Assembly (NCBI GenBank): GCA_001791305.1 | Contig: MGEI01000005.1 | Coordinates: 210,698 to 274,697 of the forward strand | Origin: Candidatus Uhrbacteria bacterium RIFCSPLOWO2_01_FULL_47_17 | GTDB lineage: Bacteria; Patescibacteriota; Patescibacteriia; UBA9934; GWF2-40-263 | Reading direction: 5' to 3' | DNA length: 64,000 nt | Shown here: one piece after another, positions 6,878 through 15,975 of the stretch | Layout of the letters: every line of letters starts with the position of its first letter | How positions within the stretch are numbered: the first letter of the stretch is position 1 | Notes under the pieces: model-generated | The model's database searches: none | The model's input: only the letters and a program-made list of their open reading frames with translations | What the model was told of the DNA's origin: nothing | Program-made: the position numbers and the translations under genes

Positions 6878-9313
6878 TCACTCACACTCAAGGTCTCTTC
6901 GCCACTCATACGAGTAGCCCGCGCATTCAGATGCACTGATTTTTTGACTCCTTCGACGCGGCTGTGTCGCACGCGTTCCAGAAACCGGAACTGGCGCAAT
7001 CACTTGTGCGCTCACGGGAGCAGACGGAGCGGGAGGCTGTACGGTTGGCTGAGGAGCCGGGGCCGTCATCTGGTTGATGAGCTTCGCAGGCAGACTCGCC
7101 GGAGCTTCCGCCGCATAATGTGCGTTGATGTCGGACTCAATCCACGGCCATGAGGCGAGCCCAAGGACGAGGATAAGGGCGACACTGCGCAACCACCAGT
7201 TACGTCGATAATCAATGCTTTTCGGCATTCCGGTTTCGACACTGGTTTCTCGACTCACTTCTTCCATTCGTCGGACAGCCTTCCAAAGAAGGAACCCGGC
7301 CCCCGAAAAGATGAGGATCGATTGCACAATGCGTGATCCCATAATCCATCCGACCACATCACTGAAGGACTTGCCCAACCAGTGAGCTGCCAACGCTCCA
7401 ATTATGGCTACAAAAACAATGGTCGAAAGAGCACCGAATAGACGCGTAGTCTTGCGCGCGCGCTGACGAGCTTCCTCACCGAACTCATACCCAGACAATC
7501 CCATCTGGGATGCAAGGGCGAAGAACGTGGGGACGCAAATCAGCAAGCGAAAGATGAGCGGTGTTTTCAACGAAAGGAGAACGCTGAAAATACCCACATG
7601 AATGAAAAGAAACATGATCAGGATGCGTCCCTTATTGACCAGCCAGTCTTTGTGAACGTTCGGAAAGAACCGTGTCACAATCGACAGCAGGCCTTGAATA
7701 GCCGTGAAGGAAAACAGTTCGATGCACGCGAGAATTCCGCCACCTGCGACAAGCGCAACGGCGAATTCATGCGGCAGGAGTCGTTCCATGACGTCGGCCG
7801 TGATAAGGATGGCTGCGGGAATTCCCGTTGTGATTCCGAAAACCACGAACAGAAACCGAGTCCATCCGGAGAAATTCCACGCAAGCGCAAGGCAAAGCAG
7901 TGGAAGCCCACCGTAGGCGATATCGATGTTCGAGAACGTGAGGGGGTGATGCAAGCTCACCGCAAACGCGCCGAAAAGCACAAGTCCGAGGAACATGGCG
8001 AACAACGCCGTGAATCCAATGAAGCTCGCAAGAGCGTATTTGCCAATGGTTTGCGCAAACACCCCGACAGCTTTTTCGACTCGCACACCAGTGGCGAGCG
8101 CGGTACCAGTTACAGGATCCTGTGCGTTATCGAATGCATTCTTTGCGTGTTCAAACGCAAGACGCATCCTGTTCTCGATGGTGAGCGTAGAACCGAGCCA
8201 CATCTGAAGATGTGTTTGGATCGCCGCGTACTCATCGTCACTCAGGCCATTCGCCTGATTCGCGTCTGTAACGAACATGTCCCCAAGATGATTGATTTTC
8301 TCAGGGCTCTGAGCGATGTCGTTTGCGAGATCGATGATGAGCTTTTGTTCAAGCGGCGTCCGTGTCGCAACTTTCTGCGTCAGGAGCTTCATGAGCAAAA
8401 GGCCCTTCTCACTCACTTCGACTTTCTTTGGCGCCAACGGATCCTTCAGCACAAGCGCTGCTTTCGCGAGCGCGAGCAATTCGGGATCCATCGGATAGAC
8501 GGACGCGATGCGCGTCACGGCAATGGCAAGCGGAACGAGGGTTCCTTTGTGAATCTTTCTCGGAACGAGCACCCGCCGCGTGCGCGGCTGGTTGTTGTTC
8601 TGATTCTGATTCCTGCCACGACCGCCCTGTTGGTCGTTTGGTAGCGGTTCAACGGGAACCTCTTCCCAATGTTCATCGTGTGCAGCTCGCCAATCGTGAG
8701 TAAACTTCCGACCATTGACGCCAGCCAAAATGACGGCGCCGTCTGTGTCGTACTGCAGTTTGCCGTCCTCACCCCATTCCGGAAAAAGCAGACCGTACTT
8801 TACCCAGTAATCGACTCCATTCGTGGATTCGACGTCATAGGCAGAGTCGATCGCACCTGGCTTGTGTACGACCGTCGTAGGTGTCTCTGCAGGATCCGTA
8901 ATCACACTATTCACCGTCTCATGCACCTTCTGTTCCCAAGTATCCGCCGCACCTTCCGCAGCACCAACGATGAGGGCGGGCGCAGCGTGTTTCAACACGT
9001 AACGCACCTGTTTCATGATGTTGCCTTGATCATCGGGGAGAAGACCGTCAAAGTCGATATGTTGGAGGAGCTTTGCGAGAAGCGTTCCACAGCCGACCAG
9101 TGTGAGCCCAAGGGCACGCGGTCCAAGCAGCGCATGAACCTTCAAAAGGTATTCATTGCTGCGCAGCCGAATGATGGCCCTTGCCACAATATTCTTTGTA
9201 CTATTGCCTTTGGCAATTTCTTCGCGAAGAAGCCTGGAGAGCTCCTGGTGAACATAGCGCTCACCAACCTCTGCCCCCATTTCTCCCAAGATACCCTGAA
9301 CATCGAAAGCCAT
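6878..9313 (-). CDS. Large polytopic membrane protein with a ~330-aa N-terminal soluble domain (811 aa). A VirB6/TrbL-like role is speculative.
   Basis: Several clear TM helices in the C-terminal half (e.g. FIGFTALFAMFLGLVLFGAFAV, ILIMFLFIHVGIFSVLLSL) and a Pro/Ala/Gln-rich tail. GC-rich. Downstream of the pilin array. Confidence 0.5.
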   Translation of the reverse strand: MAFDVQGILGEMGAEVGERYVHQELSRLLREEIAKGNSTKNIVARAIIRLRSNEYLLKVHALLGPRALGLTLVGCGTLLAKLLQHIDFDGLLPDDQGNIMKQVRYVLKHAAPALIVGAAEGAADTWEQKVHETVNSVITDPAETPTTVVHKPGAIDSAYDVESTNGVDYWVKYGLLFPEWGEDGKLQYDTDGAVILAGVNGRKFTHDWRAAHDEHWEEVPVEPLPNDQQGGRGRNQNQNNNQPRTRRVLVPRKIHKGTLVPLAIAVTRIASVYPMDPELLALAKAALVLKDPLAPKKVEVSEKGLLLMKLLTQKVATRTPLEQKLIIDLANDIAQSPEKINHLGDMFVTDANQANGLSDDEYAAIQTHLQMWLGSTLTIENRMRLAFEHAKNAFDNAQDPVTGTALATGVRVEKAVGVFAQTIGKYALASFIGFTALFAMFLGLVLFGAFAVSLHHPLTFSNIDIAYGGLPLLCLALAWNFSGWTRFLFVVFGITTGIPAAILITADVMERLLPHEFAVALVAGGGILACIELFSFTAIQGLLSIVTRFFPNVHKDWLVNKGRILIMFLFIHVGIFSVLLSLKTPLIFRLLICVPTFFALASQMGLSGYEFGEEARQRARKTTRLFGALSTIVFVAIIGALAAHWLGKSFSDVVGWIMGSRIVQSILIFSGAGFLLWKAVRRMEEVSRETSVETGMPKSIDYRRNWWLRSVALILVLGLASWPWIESDINAHYAAEAPASLPAKLINQMTAPAPQPTVQPPAPSAPVSAQVIAPVPVSGTRATQPRRRSQKISASECAGYSYEWRRDLECE

Positions 9314-9619
9314 GATAGGTCTCCTCTGTGCGGCTTTTGCCGTGTGGTTGACTGAACAAAACGCCGCACACGATTTTATGTGTTCTACGGAACTTCCGCA
9401 GAAAAAAATCGTCTACGCTACGTTTGGTATTCCTCGTTAGGTACGATTTTGCACCGTGAAGAATACGCTTGTTATACCTGATTTATTCTATTTTGTCAAT
9501 CGTTATTGGCAAAATTTGTTGATAAAGTAAAACAAAAATCGATCAAGTGATCGATTTGTTATGAAACACTGACGTTTATAGATCCCCTCCCCCTTCGAGG
9601 GGGAGGGTTAGGGAGGTGG

Positions 9620-10807
9620 TTAGGATGACAAAATCACGGACGTATCTGTTAATTCAGTCTGTTCTTGAATCAATTTCGTGAGCACGGCTCGATCAGAATT
9701 GCGCCCCACAAGAATCGCGCCAACAAGTCTGTTGTTTCTGACAAACAGCTCGGAGATTCCCCCGGCCTCAATACTTCCGATGAGTCTCGACTCGGCCGCA
9801 TGAGCTCTCGACGTATCTCCAATAAAAATGATTTCAAGTCCAAGCGCGTTCGTTGCGTAAGACGATACAAGATTGAACACCGTGCGCTCGCCGAACATGT
9901 TTCTTGCTACACAACGTCCTTGCATCTGAGCATTCATCCAGTTCCCCGCGAGGAGATGGCGACCGTAACGCTCGTCGAGAAACTCGGCGACATCGCCCAC
10001 CGTATAAATATTCGGCATGTTTGTTTCCAAAAATTGGTTACAGAGAATTCCATCTTGCACATCGATGGTTGCCTCACGCATCAAAGAAAAATCTGGTTCG
10101 ATGCCGACACCGATTCCTAAAATATGACACGAAATTTTTTTATCACCGACCGAGAATGCTTCGATTATTTTTTCTCCGTGTATCTCGACAACAGCCGCAT
10201 TTGGAATCACCTCGACTCCGTTCGTGATCAAATGGTTTGTGATGAGTTCACCCGCTTCACTCGAGAGCGCACGCGACCACATGTGTGCGCCGCGAAAGGC
10301 GATCGTTGTTGCGATGTTGAAGTGCTTAAAAATATTCAGATACTCGCACGCAATAAACCCCCCGCCGTAAATTCCCGCACGTGCCTCGAGAGGCAGTGCG
10401 CGCAAAAGCTCAAGCATGTGGTCTGCATCATCTAACGTTCGAAAATAGGAAACGCCTGGAACATCTTGTTCGATCAGTTTTACTTCCCCACCCGTTGCGA
10501 TCAACAACTTGTCGTACGCAACTTCCGTTTGATCGGATAACGCGACATGTTGGTTCACCGGATCGATTTTCGTCACAGATTCGCCAACGATCCATTCGAT
10601 CTTTTGTTCCGCATACCATGTTTCTTTTTTCAGAAAAACACGCTCGCGCGGAACTTTTGCCTTCACATAATGCGGCAACAAAACACGCGAATACACCGCG
10701 TGAAACTCGAGAGAAATAAGAGTGATTTCGGATTCAGGATCCAGCTTGCGAAGCTCTTCCGCAGCCGTTGTCCCGGCGATTCCGCCGCCGATAATAACGT
10801 ACTTCAC
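9620..10807 (-). CDS. FAD-dependent pyridine nucleotide-disulfide oxidoreductase (ferredoxin/rubredoxin reductase-like)
   Basis: N-terminal MKYVIIGGGIAGTTAAEEL dinucleotide-binding motif and a second GxGxxG-type region (HILGIGVGIE). Overlaps the upstream ferredoxin gene by 4 nt. Confidence 0.8.
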   Translation of the reverse strand: MKYVIIGGGIAGTTAAEELRKLDPESEITLISLEFHAVYSRVLLPHYVKAKVPRERVFLKKETWYAEQKIEWIVGESVTKIDPVNQHVALSDQTEVAYDKLLIATGGEVKLIEQDVPGVSYFRTLDDADHMLELLRALPLEARAGIYGGGFIACEYLNIFKHFNIATTIAFRGAHMWSRALSSEAGELITNHLITNGVEVIPNAAVVEIHGEKIIEAFSVGDKKISCHILGIGVGIEPDFSLMREATIDVQDGILCNQFLETNMPNIYTVGDVAEFLDERYGRHLLAGNWMNAQMQGRCVARNMFGERTVFNLVSSYATNALGLEIIFIGDTSRAHAAESRLIGSIEAGGISELFVRNNRLVGAILVGRNSDRAVLTKLIQEQTELTDTSVILSS

Positions 10808-11073
10808 ATGTCTGGAAATAATTGTTTCCCTGCTTCATTGAAAATAAAAATCGCCAACGTTGGACACGATTGTGCACCAAGCAAAATGTTTTCCATTTGG
10901 TCATCTGTGACTTCCATCCAGCGTTCATACTTCGAACCTTCCGGCTCTGTTCCGTGATCGAGGACGAATGCTTTGTTTTCTGCGTTCATTTGAAATGTTT
11001 CTGGTGCGATCGTCACGCAGGACGCTGCGCCGATACACAAATCTTCATCTACTTTTACTCGGATGCGTGGCAT
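10804..11073 (-). CDS. Small 4Fe-4S ferredoxin
   Basis: 89 aa, 'RIRVKVDEDLCIGAASCVTIAPETF' is a mono-cluster ferredoxin signature. Confidence 0.7.
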   Translation of the reverse strand: MPRIRVKVDEDLCIGAASCVTIAPETFQMNAENKAFVLDHGTEPEGSKYERWMEVTDDQMENILLGAQSCPTLAIFIFNEAGKQLFPDM

Positions 11074-11074
11074 A

Positions 11075-11299
11075 TTAAATTTCTTCGAAATTTATTTCTG
11101 TGATTTCTGGGCAGGTTTCTTTTACCAAATCCATAATACCTTCTCTGTACGAAGTGGAACATGCACATCCTCCGCAGAATCCAGAAAGACGAAACGTTGC
11201 GCTCGGAACTTCGACAGATAAAACTTCAATCGAGCGACCAGCGGACGCAAGAATCGGTTTCAGGTGTTCGAGGCGTTTTTCTAAAAGTTCTTTTTGCAT
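11075..11299 (-). CDS. NifU/Nfu-type Fe-S cluster assembly protein (C-terminal NifU domain)
   Basis: 74 aa with 'GFCGGCACS' (CxxC Nfu motif). Confidence 0.7.
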   Translation of the reverse strand: MQKELLEKRLEHLKPILASAGRSIEVLSVEVPSATFRLSGFCGGCACSTSYREGIMDLVKETCPEITEINFEEI

Positions 11300-11304
11300 A
11301 TCGT

Positions 11305-11988
11305 TTACGCCGCGCCGAAATATTTTTCTTTATAGAAGCGAATGAGTTCCTCGACAGCTGGTAAACAGTTTGGATTTCCAATGCCGACTTTCGTTTTTTG
11401 TTGAACGAGTTCGAGGGTATGTGCACCTTCGAGCACTGCTTCTTCGATATCATGATCTGTCACTTTCGATACGGGATCGATAATGCGAGACGACTCGACC
11501 ACAATCTTATCAAACTTTTCTACACGACGATAGAAATCGTTAATCGCATCACGAAGCGCTTTGTCGCAGAGCACGGAACAGTGGAACTTTCTTTGTGGAA
11601 GGCCGCCGAGGCGCTCCATGATGTCTTGAGGTTTGAGCTTGCGCGCTTCGTTGAGGGTCATTCCGTCATTTTCTGTGACGATCACGGATGCCATCGATGT
11701 CGAAGCAATCGCACTTCCGCAACCGAATGTTTTCCATTTAAATTCTTCGATCTTTTCCGTCTCCGGATTTACTTTCATCCAAACACGAAGTTCATCGCCA
11801 CACGCGGGTGAACCAACTTTTCCAATCGCGTTGTAGTGCGTTTCATCCGCATCATTCTCCATGAAATTTTTTGGATGAAAAAAATGTTCCTTCACAATAT
11901 CTGTGTAGAACCAAGATTTGGTTTGATCATGCGAAGCGACATCACCCTTTGTGCCCGCAATGGGTTCTTGTTTGTGTGTCATATGCAA
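11305..11988 (-). CDS. nifU: Fe-S cluster assembly scaffold NifU/IscU-like protein
   Basis: 'GSPACGDELRVWMKV' IscU cysteine motif, 'FHCSVL' and 'GCGSAIASTS' motifs. Confidence 0.75.
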   Translation of the reverse strand: MHMTHKQEPIAGTKGDVASHDQTKSWFYTDIVKEHFFHPKNFMENDADETHYNAIGKVGSPACGDELRVWMKVNPETEKIEEFKWKTFGCGSAIASTSMASVIVTENDGMTLNEARKLKPQDIMERLGGLPQRKFHCSVLCDKALRDAINDFYRRVEKFDKIVVESSRIIDPVSKVTDHDIEEAVLEGAHTLELVQQKTKVGIGNPNCLPAVEELIRFYKEKYFGAA

Positions 11989-12058
11989 GGAGTAGTCAAG
12001 AAGTCGAGGGGTCGAGTTTTATAAAACTTGACTTCTTGACTCCTCGACTACTTTTTTA

Positions 12059-13258
12059 TTACTGCCAATATTTTTCATCCACACTCACAGGACTAATGGA
12101 TCTGAGTGTTTGTACGAGTGGTGGAAGGGTTTTTAAAACGTAGTCGATATCCTCCTCAGTCGTAGAATGACCGAGCGAGAAGCGCATGGAGCCGTGGGCA
12201 ACTTCGTAAGGAAAACCGAGGGCGAGGATGACATGGGAAGGGTCGAGTGAGGCCGAAGTACAGGCCGATCCTGTAGACGCGTAAATTCCGGCAGCGTCTA
12301 GATACAAGAGGAGTGCTTCGCCTTCGATGTCGATAAACGATGCATTCACATTATTTGGCAAACGATTCACACGATCACCATTGATGCGTGTGCGCGGAAC
12401 GATCGAGAGAATTCCGTTGATGAGCTTATCGCGAAGTGGCATAAGTCGCGCCGTCTCCTCGACACGTTCCGCTTGCACAAGCTCAAATGCTTTTGCAAAT
12501 CCGATAATGCCCGCGACGTCTTCCGTTCCCGGACGAATCCCGCGTTCTTGTGCGCCGCCAAACATGAGAGGCTCGAGTTTAATTCCGCGCTTCACGTACA
12601 AGAGCCCTGTTCCCTTTGGTCCATAAATTTTCGGACCGTTCATCGTGAGCATGTCGACGTGTAACTTTTCGACATTCATGTCGAGATACGCCGCAGCTTG
12701 GCATGCATCCGTGTGGAACATGAGGTGCGGAAGCTTTTTCTCTTCGCGATATTTCTGAATAATGTTTCCAATTTCCACAATCGGTTGAATCGTTCCAACT
12801 TCATTATTTGCGTACATGACAGAAACGAGAATGGTATCTTCCGTGAGCACTTCTTCGATCTGCTTCGGATCAATCATTCCCTCTTTGCTTGGTTTGAGAT
12901 AGGTCACGCGGAAACCTTCTTTTTTCTCGAGACGAATACAGGCCTCGAGCACAGCGTGGTGCTCGAACGAAGTGGTGATGATGTGCATGCCGAACTGTTT
13001 GTTCATGCGTGCGTAGCCGAGAATCGCGAGGTTGTCCGATTCGGTTCCACCAGATGTAAACAAAATCTCGTCCGGACGAACGTGCAAAAGATTTGCCATC
13101 GAGGAACGAGCTTCTCGCAGCGCATCCGTCGCAACTTTCCCTCGAGAATGAAAACTCGAAGGATTGCCATATTTATCTTCCAGGTACGGCAACATCACCT
13201 CAAGAACACGAGGATCAAGCGGAGTTGTTGCGGCGTGATCAAGATAGATATCGAGCAT
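12059..13258 (-). CDS. nifS: Cysteine desulfurase NifS/IscS
   Basis: 'MLDIYLDHAATTPLDPRVLEVMLPYL...', PLP-lysine region 'SFEHHAV', and 'TGSACTS' active-site Cys. The start was taken at the internal Met (13258) rather than the track start 13279. Confidence 0.85.
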   Translation of the reverse strand: MLDIYLDHAATTPLDPRVLEVMLPYLEDKYGNPSSFHSRGKVATDALREARSSMANLLHVRPDEILFTSGGTESDNLAILGYARMNKQFGMHIITTSFEHHAVLEACIRLEKKEGFRVTYLKPSKEGMIDPKQIEEVLTEDTILVSVMYANNEVGTIQPIVEIGNIIQKYREEKKLPHLMFHTDACQAAAYLDMNVEKLHVDMLTMNGPKIYGPKGTGLLYVKRGIKLEPLMFGGAQERGIRPGTEDVAGIIGFAKAFELVQAERVEETARLMPLRDKLINGILSIVPRTRINGDRVNRLPNNVNASFIDIEGEALLLYLDAAGIYASTGSACTSASLDPSHVILALGFPYEVAHGSMRFSLGHSTTEEDIDYVLKTLPPLVQTLRSISPVSVDEKYWQ

Positions 13259-13294
13259 AAGATTCAAGGACTGTAACAAAAAAGCCGTTGAAAA

Positions 13295-13897
13295 TCAACG
13301 GCTAGGGGTGAGAAGCTTCGCAAGGTCTTTTGCATCAATTTGCCGGCCATATTTCCGCAGAATGATCTGCGTTTTTTTGGACCCGTAATCACACATGACC
13401 AGTCGACCGCAAAGAAGGCCGAAGTTGTGCGAGGATCCCCAGTGATGCGCGTCCTTCACAAGCTCATCCATTGGAACGATTTCAAGAAAGCGGGTTCGAG
13501 CATTATTCTGAAACGTCTTCATGTCCACGAATTCGACCTGCTTCATCACGGAAAACAATCCGCATGAAAAATACGTTGGTGCGATGAATGTGCTTCCGTA
13601 TCGGATGGTGAAATACCACTCCAAAAGGTTTGAAACAAATCCAGCGATCGTTGAGTTACTGTAGACGTGAAACGCGCGTTCATGTCGCAACATGTGCGCA
13701 AACGTTTTTTGTGTGTCTTTCGACCACGCAAGGTCTTGCTTAAACGTATTCCAAAAAAGCTTGGGTCGCACACGCGCAATCTTGATCACAATTCCAAGCC
13801 ACAGAATCGGAATCACGATGCGTGTTGTTCCTTTATGAATTTGCATCCAGACCTCCAAGGAAGAAAAGAATGTATCAAAAAAAGCCGTCTTTGTCAA
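13295..13897 (-). CDS. Hypothetical protein (possibly membrane-associated)
   Basis: 200-aa ORF with no recognisable motif. Hydrophobic segment PILWLGIVIKIA. Confidence 0.4.
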   Translation of the reverse strand: MTKTAFFDTFFSSLEVWMQIHKGTTRIVIPILWLGIVIKIARVRPKLFWNTFKQDLAWSKDTQKTFAHMLRHERAFHVYSNSTIAGFVSNLLEWYFTIRYGSTFIAPTYFSCGLFSVMKQVEFVDMKTFQNNARTRFLEIVPMDELVKDAHHWGSSHNFGLLCGRLVMCDYGSKKTQIILRKYGRQIDAKDLAKLLTPSR

Positions 13898-13924
13898 CGG
13901 CTTCTCTTTTTATCTTCCGTTTTC

Positions 13925-14476
13925 TTATGCGGATACATTCACACCAAAGTAAACATTCACGAGTCGCCCAATCACATAACCAATAAGCGCGGCGGATAAA
14001 GAAACAAAAACCATTTCAAGACCGCTTCGCAAGAGTGATCGTTTGGTAAAGGTTGCTGACCATGCGCCGACAAGAAATAATGAAACGACCGTGAGAAAAA
14101 TGGATGGAAGAATCGCTTGCGATGTTGAGAGGAATAAATACGGGGCAAGGGGAATGATTCCGCCGAGCAGGTAGGAAACCCACATAACGCCTGCGCCACG
14201 AATCGGATGTCCGCGAAGATGATGATGTTTTTTCCGTTGTTCTTTGTCTTGTTCTTCATCCGCATCACTTGCGGACACCGAGGAAAGATAGCTCCCCGCC
14301 GCCATAGACGTGCTCTCCGCGGCGATTAAAACAAATCCGGAGAGAATCACAATGTACGTGCTTTGTGTTCCGACCGCAATTCCGGTAATCGTTCCGAGTG
14401 TTGAAACAAGAGAATCCTCAAGGCCGAAAATCAATTCTCTCATGGATGAGAGAATGAAATGACGAAACGATTTCAT
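13925..14476 (-). CDS. VIT1/CCC1-family iron/manganese transporter
   Basis: 'FGLEDSLVSTLGTITGIAVG' VIT-family signature, two hydrophobic blocks, and an internal acidic/His-rich loop. Confidence 0.7.
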   Translation of the reverse strand: MKSFRHFILSSMRELIFGLEDSLVSTLGTITGIAVGTQSTYIVILSGFVLIAAESTSMAAGSYLSSVSASDADEEQDKEQRKKHHHLRGHPIRGAGVMWVSYLLGGIIPLAPYLFLSTSQAILPSIFLTVVSLFLVGAWSATFTKRSLLRSGLEMVFVSLSAALIGYVIGRLVNVYFGVNVSA

Positions 14477-14518
14477 AAGGGTATACTAGAAATATCTTAA
14501 CTGTACTCTGATTATTTT

Positions 14519-14947
14519 ATGCTTATTCCTGAACAATATCCAGCGTTCCACAAAAAGACTCTTGTTGTTGTTTCTGATCACGTTCACGCAAAACTTTTTT
14601 TAGGCAATGATCGCGAATTCACATTCATCACCGAATTCAAAACAGATTATCCATCACACGAAGGAGGCGATCGTACATCCATGGTAACTCCGGGCGGCCA
14701 ACATAGTGCCGAAAAAAATGAAAAAGAATTCATGCTCGGCGAAGATCATCTTTTTCACAGACTCGCAAAGAACCTCTACGAACGTCTTGAAAAGAATGAA
14801 TTTGAGGATCTCATCATTGCAGCCGGCCAAGAAGTCCATCAACTCGAAAAAATGCTCCATCACGATGTTCAGGCGCGCATCACAAAGCTCATTCCAAAAC
14901 TTCTCACAAAGATGAATGACGACCAACTCCTCGAACATCTTTTCTAG
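14519..14947 (+). CDS. Hypothetical protein
   Basis: 142-aa ORF with no assignable domain. Confidence 0.4.
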   Translation: MLIPEQYPAFHKKTLVVVSDHVHAKLFLGNDREFTFITEFKTDYPSHEGGDRTSMVTPGGQHSAEKNEKEFMLGEDHLFHRLAKNLYERLEKNEFEDLIIAAGQEVHQLEKMLHHDVQARITKLIPKLLTKMNDDQLLEHLF

Positions 14948-15021
14948 AGCCAACTCGTCTTTCGTGAACGACGGTCTTGATCTCCAGACGTAAACTTGGT
15001 ACATTTCCCTCGCTTCCAATC

Positions 15022-15097
15022 GGCCACGTGGCGAAGTGGTTAACGCGGGGGTCTGCAAAACCTCTATGCATCGGTTCAACTCCGATCGTGGCCTCCA
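15022..15097 (+). tRNA. tRNA-Cys (anticodon GCA)
   Basis: Hand-folded cloverleaf. Acceptor GGCCACG/CGTGGCC, anticodon stem GGGGT/ACCTC with loop CTGCAAA, T-arm ATCGG-TTCAACT-CCGAT, U73 discriminator typical of tRNA-Cys, and an encoded CCA. Confidence 0.8.
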
Positions 15098-15145
15098 AAA
15101 AAACAATCAAACAAAAAACCCGAGCATAAGCTCGAGTTTTTTGTT

Positions 15146-15805
15146 TTAAAATACCTCAACGGTTGCGTACTTAAGTCCAAATTTTTTGGCTTGTTTAATA
15201 TCTTTCATCCAAAAGTCCATACGTTTCGTATAACGAGCGTTCATACGGTCTTGCACTGTAAAGATACGATCGCCATACAATTCTGGAATACGCACACGTG
15301 TTCCAAGTGGCAAAAAGTTTGCCGCAACAACGTCTTCCTGGTTACGTTCACAAACGTCCATACCGGACGCGGTGATACACGGCGTATCATCTGTTTGTGC
15401 AGGATCCGATGTATAAGCCGTCATTGGAACCGTAAACGTTTTACGTGGACGGGCATCTTCAGAAACCGGAAGGTTTCCAAAGGATTTTGTTTCGTTTTCC
15501 ATGGCGTCAATCATGAGTGCCACGGTTTTATGATCAATAGGCTTTTGGTCCGTAAGCATGTCTGCGTTCGCCATGGCTGGGAACAAAACATAGGTACCTA
15601 CCGTTGCCACAAAGGCAATAACAGAGAGATCAAGCGAATATTTGCGAACATGAACCATTTTTTGAATCAAAGTAAGGGAAATTTTGGATGTGAAAAAAGT
15701 AACGGTGCGTACAAACCCAAAATCGTTATCCCAAATGTAGGCAAACGCCGATTTGGTTTTCTTCTGAATTGTATTCAAACCCAATGTTTTGCGTTTATTT
15801 GTCAT
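15146..15805 (-). CDS. 3D-domain protein (MltA/YabE-like cell-wall hydrolase domain), membrane-anchored
   Basis: C-terminal 'MTAYTSDPAQTDDTPCITASG...VAANFLPLGTRVRIPELYGDRIFTVQDRM' is a 3D (Asp-Asp-Asp) domain. A TM/signal anchor lies upstream. The true start may be the internal Met at 15676. Confidence 0.65.
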   Translation of the reverse strand: MTNKRKTLGLNTIQKKTKSAFAYIWDNDFGFVRTVTFFTSKISLTLIQKMVHVRKYSLDLSVIAFVATVGTYVLFPAMANADMLTDQKPIDHKTVALMIDAMENETKSFGNLPVSEDARPRKTFTVPMTAYTSDPAQTDDTPCITASGMDVCERNQEDVVAANFLPLGTRVRIPELYGDRIFTVQDRMNARYTKRMDFWMKDIKQAKKFGLKYATVEVF

Positions 15806-15975
15806 ACCCGGCGTGTCCTTCCTCCTACAGAAGAGACGCTGGGCAGGGCAAATATGTTTCCATCAAAAAACCCTGTTTCCAGAGTGGCAATAGAATACCA
15901 CAAAAATGGGTTTTTGTCAATGGTTTCAGACCGATTTTTTCTTATTTTTTAGCTCAACAAAGCTAAATCACCCCT

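Noticed and set aside
7598-8644. 348-aa plus-strand ORF inside the 811-aa membrane-protein gene
   Set aside because: Shadow ORF antisense to a far longer ORF with clear TM helices. The translation is Arg/Glu-rich nonsense typical of GC-rich antisense frames.
14904-15110. 68-aa minus-strand ORF
   Set aside because: It lies entirely antisense to tRNA-Cys (15022-15097).
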